A stretch of 64,000 nucleotides of DNA, from contig OX597815.1 in NCBI GenBank assembly GCA_951406725.2, positions 149,978,001 through 150,042,000 of the forward strand. The letters are read 5' to 3'. The notes under the pieces were generated by a model. That model worked only from the letters and a program-made list of their open reading frames with translations. It had not been told where the DNA came from and did not search any database. This stretch comes from Octopus vulgaris. Its lineage: Eukaryota. Positions 28,443 to 41,933 of this stretch are shown here, in pieces. Position numbers and translations under genes: made by a program. Each line of letters starts with the position of its first letter. Position 1 is the stretch's first letter.

Positions 28443-29234
28443 GGTTTAAGCGAATCCTATGGCTATCAGAGAAAGCTCCTCGTACGGACTAGACAAACAG
28501 TAAACCAATGCAGTGAAGTGTAATATAGAATATCCATGGAGATGAAATCCAGAATATCCATGTAGCTGAAATTATTTTATGTGGAGAATATCAACCACAT
28601 GTGTCAGGAGGTATGAAAGTTGAATTTATATTTATTCAACCACATGAGATCCTTAGGATTGCATCTATTCTCAACCTTGTCTATATTGTTTTAATTTCAG
28701 TGTGGAGGAAGCTACGTTTACATCTTGGTATTAATATGCATGCTCGGCATTATATTTTACACGTGTTTATTCACAAATTAATGCAAATAAATAAAACTAA
28801 GCAATCAGATCACCAGAATATTATGGTTATTCCAAAAATTCAATTTTGAGCCGTTGGTGCAACAATGTCAGATGAAGTATTTCTTGATTCTTTCTTTCTA
28901 TTTACTTTAATGAAGATTCACAAGAAACGACAGACAATTTCTCTTTCTTATCCATTTTTTACGGTATTCTATTCACTGGAAACAACTTTTTTTCTTTAAT
29001 GTATTTGTGTTTACATTTTGTCCATCTCTTTTAGAATTTTGTCTACCTGTTGTAAAATCTTGCATTTTCCATTTGTCCCTTTTTATTCCACTTTTATTTG
29101 TGCGATTTCACTCATATATGCATGTATGTTTGCATGTATGTATATATCTGTGTATGGTTGTATGCAAGTTCCTATGCATGCATGCAAACATTTAAGTATG
29201 TATGTATGTATGTATGTATGTATGTATGTATGTA

Positions 29235-29302
<68 letters not shown>

Positions 29303-30296
29303 TACATACATACGTCATACGTCCTTGTATGTATATGTATATTTTTGAATCATTTATCTAATTCTAATGATGATATCAACCATCTATTATGTGCATTGCT
29401 TCCATGAGAAACCAATGTCGAAAAACGAAACAGTAATTCTTCGCATTGATTACGCCTAACCTCCTTGTGCAACTGCCAAACAACACTGTTATCACTACTA
29501 CGTAAAACCTGAAGCACATTTGTATTTTCCTTTCGTTTTTTTTTCTATTCTTTTCTTTTTGTGTGTTTCAATTATTTTCACATAAACTCAGTCCATGTTT
29601 TATCGAAGCCATAAAGAAAAAAAGAAACCAAACTATCGAAAGAATAAAACAAAATAAAGGCAATAATTATATCTCACTTTCTCACATGATATGCTTTCCA
29701 CTAGCTTTGAACAGAGCTAAGATAAAGATTTAGGCCAGTTAGAAAAACTTTTGATGTCAGACTTTAAATTCTTAAATCTCTTCTTAGGTGGAGCAGTTAC
29801 TTAACTTTCCTTTGGCTAAGTGCATGTTAACATAGAATTGCATTGTAACATGACACGTAGTACATTAGTTCTGTCATCACATACAGCAATTTGTATCCTC
29901 CTTAAAATTACAATTTTGCCATACTTGTTGTCCATTTATAGTGGGTGGATTACTAAAACGAAACGGAAACTACAAAGTAAAGGGAAAAAAAATTGCTTCA
30001 AGATAACTCGCCTTTGAAGTACAGTACATAATTTGTATAGGTAAAGAAATAAATGTTGATATAAGAATAAACGTTATCCATTACAGTAATTTCTTACTGT
30101 GATTTGCTGTTGAGAAAAAGCGTTGTTCATCGTTTATGATGAGGTCGTTATTTTACTGTAGCACGAGTTTAATGTTCGGTGGTTCGTATCCCATAACTGA
30201 CTGTGTTCTGTTTACGGTGAAGATTCTACTTTGGACAACTCTTCAAATTAAAATGAAAAACAAGCAGAGAATGCAGCTTTGAGTTTTAAAGAGTAG

Positions 30297-30555
<259 letters not shown>

Positions 30556-31167
30556 TTTATGACATTTGTATAGGTAACTAATGCTCTTATGCTCAGTTTG
30601 ATAAACTTTGTTTTGATCTTTTATTACGGAGAAACTGTCTTCCAAATTATCACATATCTGTACATCAAAGTTACAGTGATGCCCTCTTCAAATCTTCAAG
30701 AGGAATGAAAGTCAAATCATAGTTGTACTTTCAATTCTTACATCATTATTACACGACGGACGGTAAGAGGAAACTAACCTATATTTAAAATCATTTTCTC
30801 AAGCTCAAATACCAACATGGCTACTAATTGGAAACACTGTCAGATATATTACCGTATTGGAAAAACTGCCTCTATATTCATGCATTATATATTAGTGCGA
30901 CTTGTTTTCCCTTGAAAGAAGGCAAAATTATTCACACTTCTCCGTAATGGCTGCCATATGCCAGTACTATTTTTGCAATGGCGAGCTGCAGTTAATTATA
31001 CCGTAGTAAAGTCAATCAATCAACTGAATTCATAATTAGCATAGTCGAGTACTTTTAACATTTTTGTAAATTAAGATCATATTCCGTTCATTATGAACCC
31101 TTTCTTATCCATCCATTAATATGCAGCAATTATTAGTACTGACTACCAGATAATGCAATAAAATATA

Positions 31168-31260
<93 letters not shown>

Positions 31261-31336
31261 CATAGATAGAGAGAGAGAGAGAGAGAGAGAAAGAGATGGA
31301 TGGATAGATAGATAGATAAATAGATACGTACATACA

Positions 31337-31370
<34 letters not shown>

Positions 31371-31420
31371 CATACATACTTACATACATAGACGTGTGTG
31401 TATGTATGTATGTATGTATG

Positions 31421-31452
<32 letters not shown>

Positions 31453-31817
31453 CGTTTTATATATCTATTCTAAATCACTATTTACAACCTTTGTGCTCTG
31501 TAAAAACCAATTTTGCATTTTTATTCATCTGATTCTAACTCTTTATCATGATTTAGGAATGCAGATAGAGAAAGCCGCTTCTAAATGGAGGAAAAGGAAG
31601 AGGTAGAAAGTGGCTGTTATATAGTGAGCTCGGTTAGATAGATAGGTAAGTAGACATGTAGGTAGGTAGGTAGGTAGGTAGGTATGTAGTTACGTACGTA
31701 CGCACGTACGTAGGTGGGTACGTAGGTAGGTACGTAGGTAGGAACGTAGGTAAGTAGGCAGTTGTGGACATCATAGTGACTACATATTTTGAAAAATCGA
31801 TCAAAATGACATATTCA

Positions 31818-32578
31818 TTTCTACTCTAGGCACAAGGCACGAAATATCGGGGAAAGAGCAAGTCAATCGACCCTGAAAGGATGAAAGGCAAAGTCGACCT
31901 CGTGCGGAATTAGAACTAAGAGCATAAAGACAGATAATACCTATTTATTTACTACCCACAAGGGGCTACGCACAGAGGGGACAAACAATGACAGACACAC
32001 GGATTAAGTCGATTATATCGACCCCAGTGCGTAACTGGTACTTAATTAATCGACCCCGAAAGGATGAAAGGTAAAGTCTACCTCAGCGGAATTTGAACTC
32101 AGGACGTAACGGCAGACGTAATACCTATTTCTTTACCACCCACCAGGGGATAAACACAGAGGGGTCAAACAAGGACAGACAAACGGATTAAGTCGATTAC
32201 ATCGACCCCAGTGCGTAACTGGTACATATTTAATCGATCCCAAAATGATGAAAGGCAAAGTCGACCTCGGCAGAATTTGAACTCAGCACGTAGCGGAGAC
32301 GAAATACCGCTAAGCATTTCGCCCGACGTGCTAACGTTTCTGCCAGCTCGCCGCATTAAAATAATGCTTTCTACTTTAGGCACAAGGCCTCGAATTTGTG
32401 GGGAGGGGACTAGTTGATCACATCGACCCTACTGTTTCACTGGTACTTATTTTATCGACGCCGAAAGGATAAAAGGCAAAGTCGACCTCGGCGGAATTCG
32501 AACTCAGAACGTAAAGACAGACGAAATACTGATAAGCATTTCGCCCGGCGTGCTAAAGTTTCTGCCAGCTCGCCGCCT
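31818..32578 (-). mobile_element. Cluster of Meta-domain SINEs (family M), including tandem units with an alternative 3' tail
   Basis: Repeated GTCGACTTTGCCTTTCATCCTTTCGGGGTCGATAAA..AGTACCAG (MetaSINE-type core) with B box GAGTTCAAATTCC. Units at 31818-31940, 31941-32124, 32125-32353 and 32365-32578. Confidence 0.88.
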
Positions 32579-32804
32579 TCATTATACAGAGATATTAATA
32601 ACGGAATTACTAGAAGAGAGAGAAAGACACACCATAGACAAATAATGTTAGAATCTATTTTAAGAGATTGGTCTGAAAAAATAGAGTAAGAAAAAATGAA
32701 TGAGTACTAATGTGGTAGGGGACCGGAGGAATTGATATTTGATTAAAAATTCATTTGGTGACAGCTAAGAGATTTACTTGCCTCAGACTGAAGTTTGAAG
32801 AAAT

Positions 32805-32995
32805 TTTAGTTGAATGAATCAACCTTAGTACTTATAGTTTTTGAAAGCCTGGTACTTATTTTATCGGTCCCTTTTGTTGAACCGCTAATTTACGAAGACT
32901 TATTCACACCAGCATGTCAAGCGATGCAGAATGGAAACACACAGAGAAAGACAGATGCACGCATATATATATATATGCATATATACGCATATATA

Positions 32996-33091
<96 letters not shown>

Positions 33092-33690
33092 CTTGTGGAT
33101 TCATCAATTTTCTTTTTGCCTACATAAAAGAGGGTTTTATTGTCTCAGAGATCTTTATGTTAGTTGAAAAGACATTAGCGTCTATTTCTAATTCAGTGCA
33201 TGACGAAACAATTAGCTGACCCCTGATTATAATTATGTAAACAATTATAGAATATATATATATATTTTTTTTTTTTTTAATATTATATTGAGGGTACTAC
33301 TATTCATAGATACCAACACGCTAAGAGGGACCAATGCGGTCAAAACTACTAAAAATAAACAAAATTTTACCGAATGCAAAACTTCAAAACACATCATTTT
33401 AAAAAAGAATTCAGTTACATATCACATGTGATTTCGCATTTAATGCAGAATATGCATTTCATGTTCATCAGTGCAACAAACTCAAGAAATATAAGAGAAA
33501 ACATAACATTACAAGCTCGATAGCCAACCGTAGAATTCGTCGTAGCATGTACAAATGTTTATCTTTACATATCTATGAAAATGGCGGGCTTATCCGCAAT
33601 GCATTTCGGTAACAAATTGTCCAGTCGGAATAAAAATTCAGTATTGAACTATTCCGGTGAAAAATAAAAATATATATATATATATATATG

Positions 33691-33763
<73 letters not shown>

Positions 33764-33782
33764 ATATATATATATATGTGTG

Positions 33783-33817
<35 letters not shown>

Positions 33818-33987
33818 GTATATACAAGATGGTCTTCTTTCAGTTTCCGTCTACCAAACTGACTAACAAGACTTTTGTCGGTCTAAAGCAATAGTACAAG
33901 GTATTTGCCCTCAATATCACACAATAAGCCTGAACCTATAACCGTGTTAACAAGCAAACTTCTAGTCATACACCCACACCTGCGCTT
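32805..33987 (-). mobile_element. Old SINE family A copy split by an insertion in its internal microsatellite
   Basis: Tail half at ~32805-32960 and head half at ~33826-33987 are separated by ~570 bp of unrelated sequence that contains a hammerhead motif. Confidence 0.6.
33414..33477 (-). ncRNA. Type I hammerhead ribozyme motif with palindromic stem III
   Basis: Minus strand: GTTGCA-CTGATGA-ACAT..AATGCA-TATTC-TGCATT..ATGC-GAA-ATCACATGTGAT-A-TGTAAC. 6-bp stem I, 12-nt palindromic stem III, AUA triplet, A10.1-C11.1 mismatch. Confidence 0.7.
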
Positions 33988-34352
33988 AATATTTATTAAC
34001 AAAGTAAGGGCCTATTTGTTGAGAGAGCACTAACGAATATACAGTAATATTCTTACCTTAAATATATCATTATGTGTACGAAAACTTACTGTATACACTT
34101 TACGTATTTTAATCTAAATAAAAGTTATCGTATAATCTAATTCGTCCCTTAATAAACAGCGTCATTTGTAGCAGGTATTACGCCGGTAGTTAAATAATGT
34201 CCAGATCGACATGGTAACGATGTTGTTTTTAATCGCTGTTTAGATGGTGATTTCCGAGTCATCAAACATCGTTACATCAGACGTTTCTGCTAAATTCGTA
34301 GTAGGCTTAATCCCTATGTGTATAGCGACTCCTCGTATCTAAAAATTAATAT

Positions 34353-34900
34353 ACGAGGTCTGATCAATAAGTATCCGGACTCTTGTCATAGTAACGAAGC
34401 TAAAGCACGCATAGTGAAGCTGCTGGGTAAAGATTGACCTTGGACTCTGATGTGTATGCGCACTGAATCTTAACGTTGCGGCTCACTTCCGCTGTTTATA
34501 GCAGTATCTGGATGGAAGATGTGTAGCGTGTGATCGTCGCATTGACCATGATGGAGAAAGTTATCACGTGCGATACCTGCTCAGAGACCTATGCAATTGT
34601 GCAGAAAGTTTATGGAGTGGTGTGTATGAACCGAACACAAGTGTACGAGTGACTCAAACCTTTTCCAAGATGGCCGAAAAGATGTTGATATTGATAAATG
34701 TTCTGGGAGACCCGCACATTTGTGAGTTATCAGAAGATGTGCAGAATCATTCCGGCTCAGTTCAGTCAATTATTACTGCAGATTTTGGTATGAGACGTGT
34801 GTCTGCCAAGTTTGTAATAAATCTGCTTTCAGCTGACCAAAAGGACACACGGGGTTCATTTGGACAAGATCTTGATTGTGTCGAGAACGATTAAAACTTT
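34353..34900 (+). mobile_element. mariner transposon 5' remnant
   Basis: TA + TIR CGAGGTCTGATCAATAAGTATCCGGACT; translation FGMRRVSAKFV..LLSADQK matches the mariner 'VSARWVP..L' linker. Confidence 0.8.
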
Positions 34901-35075
34901 TTGAAAAGTTTACGAGGCATGTGAGCAGTTATCGCTAAGATTTTAGCAAAATCTGATGCAGTTTCTGCGTTCAACTTTCTCTATAATGATCAATACGAAG
35001 ATCACACGCTTCACAACTTTCTTCCAACCACTACTGTAAGCAGCAGAAGGGAGCAAGAGCGTTAAAACTTTGTGC

Positions 35076-35482
35076 CCAGTGGCTGTGTGGTAAGAAGCTT
35101 TGTTACCAACCACATGTTTCTGGGTCCAGTCCCACTGCGTGGGACCTTGGGCAGGTATCCTCTGCTATAGCGTCTGCCCGACCAAAGCCATGTGAGTGGA
35201 TTTCGTAGACGGAAACTGAAAGAAGTCCATCGTATTAATGTATATATATGTATATATAATGTATGTATATGTTTGTGTCTGTGTTTGTCCATCCACCGTC
35301 GCTTGACAATTGATGTTTGTGTGTCTACGTCCCTGTAACCTAGCGGTTCGACAAAAGAATCCGATAGACTAAGTTCTAGGCTTGCAAAGAATAAGTTTTG
35401 GAGACGATTTGTTCAACTAAAAGCGGTGCCCCAGTATGGCCGCAGTCAAATGACCGAAACAAATAAATGAGTAAAAGAGTTA
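35076..35482 (+). mobile_element. SINE family A copy
   Basis: Head GTGGCTGTGTGGTAAG, CCTTGGGCAGG, tail GCGGTGCCCCAGTATGGCCGCAGTCAAATGACCGAAAC. Confidence 0.88.
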
Positions 35483-36199
35483 AACTGTGTGTACAACACA
35501 GTGCAAAGCGTATCTGTGAAATGCGATTTTACTCTGCGTGGTTTAGCTTTGTTATTATGCCAACAGTGCGGATACTTATTGATCAGATCACGTATTAGTA
35601 AAATAATATACGAAATTATTGGTGAATTTATATACATATACTAAAATCGAATAATAAATATATGTAAATTTATGCAAAACAAATGCAGTTGATGCAGTAA
35701 TTATAAATTTCAAACTTTCTTCTCTTTAAAGTTAATTTATAGCAAGGCAAAGCAGCAAAAGTCATTCCCCTCCAAGCAAAATCAAACAAGAACTTTAATC
35801 CAGCATTAAATAATTATTTTTATAAAAGAAATGCTTTTGGTGCATGAACTTCAATCGTTAATATCTTTGAAAAAAAAATAACTAAAACTGCAAAGCACCA
35901 TACTAATAAGCTACTAACATTTAGTCCTCATGCTTATATATCACGCATATCAAAGAAAGCTTTCATGTGAATTATTTACTATAGAAAATTTAGTCATATT
36001 TATTCATGCATCTCTGTTCCATCGCTGGTTTTATTATTTTTACTTTTGCATATCACTGCATTAAAATATTTCAGAGGAGAAATAGCGCAACAGTTATTTA
36101 AATTTTTACACATGTAAATATTAGACAATATGTTGTAGTCGAGAACGCATTATTCTCCAAGACAAATAAAAGCCTTTCCATACAGCAATAATTGTTCAA

Positions 36200-36417
36200 A
36201 AGGCAAGGCGGCGAGCTGGCAGAAACGTTAGCACGCCAGGTGAAGTGCTTAGCGGTATTTCGTCTGCCGTTACGTTCTGAGTATAAGTTCCGCCGAGGTC
36301 GACTTTGGCTTTCATCCTCTTGGGGTCGATAAATTAAGTACCAGTTGCGTACTGAGCTCGATCTAATCGACTGCCCCTCCCACAAAAAGTTCGGTCCTTG
36401 CACCTAGAGAAGAAAAG
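36200..36417 (+). mobile_element. SINE family M copy with 13-bp TSD
   Basis: Full head, core and tail; TSD AATAATTGTTCAA at 36187-36199 and 36418-36430. Confidence 0.9.
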
Positions 36418-36861
36418 AATAATTGTTCAACATCCGATATTTATGGATAGCGTAATTATGGATGTAAATCTAACACTTAATAATGTAGCTCTTCAAATCC
36501 ACAGCCGCAACCAGAGTTTGTGAAGGTTTTTCAAATTTCTAGCTAGGCATATTATATCATAATATTCAATATTATAACAATGATTAACATTCAATGCGAT
36601 GTTAACATATTGATATCAATGGAATATTGGACATGTCTGTAAATCAGCTTTCCACATAATTGATGCGAAGCAGAAACAGCTTTAGAGTGTTATGAAGCTC
36701 TCCTTTAACGTAGAAATGCTCTTCCTGTTAACTAGATCTACAGAATCTATATATTATCGAACATATTGGTGATTTGGCGTTATTGAGCATGAGGATTAGT
36801 CACAATATTCAAGGCTAATAACACAGCAAATTTCATTGTATTTCTATAAGTAGGGGATTTT

Positions 36862-37032
36862 TAAGGCAGCGAGCTGGTAGAAACGTTATCATGCTGGGCG
36901 AAATGCTTAGAGGTATTTCGTCTGTCTATGCGCTCTGAGTTCAAATTCTGCCGAAGTCGACTTTGCCTTTGTCTTTGCCTTTGCCCACCTCTAAAAAAAT
37001 TTCTGGCCTTGCCCCTATAGTAGAAAAGATAA
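36862..37032 (+). mobile_element. SINE family M copy, internally deleted
   Basis: Head and tail present; TSD TAGGGGATTTT on both sides. Confidence 0.85.
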
Positions 37033-37225
37033 ATAGGGGATTTTAGAGCACTGCAATATCTTAATCTTCGTCGCAGTAAAATAGCATGTAAAATGTATTG
37101 AAGTTTAATTGACGACTTACTATTTATGGATAACTTGAAACTAACACGGTTGGGTTAAAATTCTAATTTACCTTCAGTAATGACATACTAGTGTCTATGG
37201 TTTTAATATCGATTACAAGTGCAGA

Positions 37226-37670
37226 CTTGGCTGTGCGGTAAGAAGTTTGCTTCCCAGTCACAAGGTTTTGCGTTCAGTCTCACTGCCTGACAACTTGGGC
37301 AAATGTTTCATGCTATAGTCTCAGACTTACCAAAACCTTGTGAGTGGATTCGGTTGACGGAAACTGAAAGTGCACTATAGTATATGAATATGTCTGAGCT
37401 TGTGTGTGTGGGGGAGTCTTTGGTTCTGTATTTGTCATGCCATCACCGCTTGATGAGCGATGTTGTGGCAGAAATGTTAGCACGTCGGATGAAATGCTTA
37501 GCTGTATTTCGTCTGTTTTTACTTTCTGAGTTCAAATTCCGCCGAGGTCGATTTTGCCTTTCATTCTTCCGAGGTCGAAAAAATAAGTACCAGTTGCGTG
37601 TCAGGTTCGATCTAATCGATTGGCCCCTTCCCCAAAATTTCGGGCTCTGTGCCTAGAGTAGAAAAGGATA
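37226..37670 (+). mobile_element. Partial SINE A (37226-37455) followed by SINE M (37465-37670)
   Basis: Homology to the other copies in this window. Confidence 0.8.
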
Positions 37671-38404
37671 ACTTTACGTCCCCTTGACTCAGCTGTTCGA
37701 CCAAAGTAACCGATAGAAGAAGTACTAGACCTAACAAAATAAGTAGTTAGTGTTGATTCATTCGAAACTCTCGAATCATCGCCGTACATGCGCCTCACAT
37801 GCACACACACACACACACCCAGTCGGATATCTATGTAAGTATGTATGTATATATTTATCTTTGTGCCCACATGTGTCTACCAGGCATTGGCTTTCATGGA
37901 TTTTCATCTCAACTGATTGGAAATGTTATCATGTACAGTGTGTTGTCTTGGTATAAAAGATGGGCTGCAGCAAATATTCTGCTCAATAACACAGATTTTC
38001 TTGTCAGTTGTTTGACCTTAACCAGTTGAGCACGTCCCTCGGTAACTGACGATATGTGCTCCTCTGATCACGAGCAGAAGTAGTGGGGGAGCATGAAAGC
38101 AATGTGTTGAGAGGGATTCTTTGCTGTTTGGATAATTCACTTTTGGAAACAAGGGGAGTTTCGTTCAACATCCTTAAACAACTCTTATTCAGGGACCTTT
38201 TGAGCGGGATGGGATACTCGACCTGAAGAAAATTCTAACCGGACCTTACCTGCAAAGTCATGCGCTGTTTATCTTGATATGAGATCACCATGTCGAGCAC
38301 ATATATTGATGTATGTGCCTGGTGTACCCTTATCAGACAGGTAGTCATGGTGGGTATACTTGGCTTCGTATATTTTACTCCAGTGTCACTTTGATGGCAT
38401 GCAA

Positions 38405-38610
38405 ATTTTGCCACAAGGACAATAATTTTCGGGGAAGGCTTAAGCCGGCTACATCGTCTCCAGTACTCAACTGGTACTTAATTTATCAACACTGAAAGGG
38501 TGAAAGGTAAAGTCGAACTCGGCGGATTTTGAATTCAGAACGTGAAGACGGGCGAAATACCGCTAAGCATTTCGTCCAACATGCTAATGATTCTCCCAGC
38601 TTGCCACCTT
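38405..38610 (-). mobile_element. SINE family M copy
   Basis: Homology to the family M consensus in this window. Confidence 0.8.
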
Positions 38611-38820
<210 letters not shown>

Positions 38821-39595
38821 CCCATCAGATAATTTCTGATCTTTTTCTGGTTTTCAACTTCGTTTAGTTTTTTGGTTTCCCTATGCCTTGCTGTGACTTT
38901 AGCAGCTGTTAATAAAATTTGTTCACTATTACCTACATAGGAGTCTATATCTACTCTAGCTAACTCCATGCAGTCTTCTACTGATATTAAACGTCTTCTG
39001 CCTTCCTTTCTAGGTAGGTGTATAATCTTGCTAACCCTGCCCTTGGGTGGGATCCTCCATTCATATTGAATTCTTTCCTAGTTCTTGTGTCTAGCTCTGC
39101 TATTTCAGTTTTTGTCAAATCTACGAAAGCTGCCCAAGTATTTACAGCCTTCACTAGATTCGGACCATTTAGCTTTGACTTCATTAGCTTCCTTACACTT
39201 CTGATGTACTCCTTCTCAATCTTCGTTTACGTTTCTGTAGTTAATAATCTGTCAGATACTAATACTCCTACATACTTATAACTCTCTTCCTTTCAATGAT
39301 TTTAATGTCTGGCCACCTGGTAATTGGATGCTTTCGCTGTTGACGACTTGACTCTTCTCATTACTAAAATTGCACACTTATCTATGCCAAATTTCATGAG
39401 TCTTACAATGTATATTAAGGAATTTATCTCTTTTTCATTCTTACTTAAAGGCTTCAAATAATCCATATAAAGCAAATGGATAGTTAATCTTTCCATTATA
39501 ATTTCTGAACTGATAACCTGCCTTTGCTTTCATTAATACTAAACTGAGGTGGGATCAAACATAAGACAAATATCAAAGGAGACAACGAGTCCCTA
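38821..39595 (-). mobile_element. R4/Dong-clade LINE RT fragment
   Basis: DSLSPLIFVLCL, HLLYMDYLK, KFGIDKCA, YKYVG, KSKLNGPNLVKAVNTWA, HPRAGLARLY. Confidence 0.85.
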
Positions 39596-39614
39596 TCATT
39601 ATTAAGTCAGGGAG

Positions 39615-39822
39615 CCAGCAGAATTATTATCTCCTCAGACAAAATATTTACGCCATTTCATTCGTCTTTACGGTCTGAGTTCAAATTCTGCCGACGCTGG
39701 CTTTGTTTTTCATTCTTTCGGGGTCGATGAAATATGTCCCAGTTGAGCACTGGAATCGATGTAATATCTAGCACACTCTCCGCAAAATATCAGGCCTTGT
39801 ATCTATAGAAAACAAAGGATTA
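39615..39822 (+). mobile_element. Diverged SINE family M copy
   Basis: GAGTTCAAATTCTGCC...TTTCATTCTTTCGGGGTCGAT...GGCCTTGT. Confidence 0.75.
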
Positions 39823-40810
39823 TTCTTGTTGCTGATGGTATTGTAATGCTTATGACGTTGTTATTGTTATTATTATTGGTAAGCAACATCATTACTGATT
39901 AATAATTGAAATATATGAATACCACATGTCATTTCCAATCATCTAAAATTACTGAATCCGCATGTATTTGTTAACAATTTAGTATTATCTCGTTCGCATA
40001 ATTCTACTCTAACTTGTTTTCAACATATGTTGTTGTACAATCAACATAATCTTTTAAGTCTGTAACTGTTAACATCAGTTATGAAGACACGGAAGTCTGA
40101 TCTTAATTACCATTCTATAGCACACGTTTCTGTTATAAAAGGATTAATGCAAAATTATCTTTGTCTAAATTACGTCAGAGATCTATAATTGCGGAACGAG
40201 TGTTGTGAAGATACCTCGCCAATATATTATCACCAAATATCGGATGTATCTCATATAATTACTGAATACAAAGGAATTAACTGTGGCCTCAGTTTGAAAT
40301 AATATATATTATTATAGCTAATTTCAGAGTGCGTCATCGAAACTGTTGCTACATTTGCACAACGAAGAATAATACGTAGATTATTTCCATTAATATTCTG
40401 AACTCTCAGAGGGATTCAATTTATGGTAGAAAGTATGTAAATTCTTAAATTATCTCATTATAAATAGTTGGACTGCGTATTATTATGTAAGGAAACAAAT
40501 ATGTAACAGGCACTAATTTTGAATTTTGAAATATTAAAAGTATTTAGGTGAAATAGATACAAATTTTTGGCTTCTGTCTGTTTTCTCAGTGGAGATAAAC
40601 TATTGTTTTATTGAAAGGTTTTGGTCATCAAATAGTGTGAGACTGGTTACATCTAAAAGATGTGACCAAGGTTTAAAAATACTTCTCCATTTTTCGGTCA
40701 GCAGTTAGTGTTCAAGTCACTGCTCATCATCTTCTCATTCATCATGTCCTCTGCTTCTTGCTCCATAACTATGAAAAGTCTTCTTTCGCTGCCTCTCGAC
40801 ATACACTTTT

Positions 40811-40990
40811 CTGTTTTATATTTAAGAGATAAGGAATTATGTACGTTATTTACATTATGTACATTTGACGGATATTTGTCCTCATCTTGTTTGTTCTTAA
40901 CACGTTACGGCTGACACACCCTCCAGGCTTCATCAGGTGTCTTCGGGGAATTTCGAACTTGGGTTCTCATTCCTAAGTATTTTCTATATT

Positions 40991-41051
<61 letters not shown>

Positions 41052-41126
41052 TGACTGGCTGGAATCGAACTCGGAATCTTGGGGTTAGTAGCCCGCGCTC
41101 TTAACCACTACGCCATATGCCCGTGG
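40811..41126 (-). mobile_element. SINE family H copy 2
   Basis: Reverse complement of the 1092-1423 family. Hammerhead module GACAC-CTGATGA-AGCCTG...CAGCC-GTAACG (GAAA mutated). Confidence 0.88.
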
Positions 41127-41151
41127 TGGAGATAACCTCTCTTTGATTTCG

Positions 41152-41178
41152 CTATAATAACAACAATAATAATAATGA

Positions 41179-41209
<31 letters not shown>

Positions 41210-41513
41210 AAAAAGAAGAAGAAGAAGAAGAAGAAGAAGAAGAAGAAAAAGAAGAAGAAAAAGAAGAAGAAGAAGAAGAAGAAGAAGAAGAAGAAGAAGA
41301 AGAAGAAAAAGAAGAAGAAGAAGAAGAAGAAGAAGAAGAAGAAGAAGAAGAAGAAGAAGAAGAAGAAGATCAAAAATACCTTAGGAATGAGAACCCCGGT
41401 TCGAAATTTCTCCAAGACACCAGATAAAGTCTGGAAGGTATATCAACCGAAATGTTGTGTTAACAACAAACAAGATGAGGACAAATATCCGTCAAATGTA
41501 AATAATGTAGATA
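41152..41513 (+). mobile_element. SINE family H copy 3 (head missing, internal repeat is (AAG)n)
   Basis: AAAATACCTTAGGAATGAGAACCC...GGACAAATATCCGTCAAATGTAAATAATG body present. Confidence 0.8.
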
Positions 41514-41933
41514 CACTTTTCTCTTTCCACTTCTTATTCTTATGGGTCGAAGTATTTTTCCATACTGACTTGCCCGGAAATTCTCTACAGCCATCTTCTA
41601 CTGGTAAAATCTATACTTGTCACCATTTAGTCTTCCAATTCGGCGAAGCGTTCTACTACTTAACGCACTTCCATTCAAAGGTTCCATCATATCTTCTTAC
41701 ACAGGTTACTGCAAGATCAACCTGAATTTTGTTTTTCCCTCTTCAGAATTTAAAACGAAATCCGACCTCAGGGTTTCTTCGATGGCTGGGAAGAGTTGCA
41801 ATCTTGTCCAGGACCTACTTCTATATCGCAAGATTGGGTCTTACATAGTAAATTGTGTATTCATTTGTTACAATCAACAGCTTTCTCCTTTCGTCACAAA
41901 GTTTGATGCTAATATGGTTTTACCCTGCTGATG

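Noticed and set aside
31941-32578. CRISPR-like regularly repeated units
   Set aside because: Units are ~183-bp SINE copies with no unique spacers, there are no cas genes, and the context is eukaryotic.
38310-38402. HDV-like ribozyme at the end of a probable interspersed repeat (37885-38402)
   Set aside because: Hairpins are present on the minus strand but I could not build the nested double pseudoknot (no P3/L3/P1.1).
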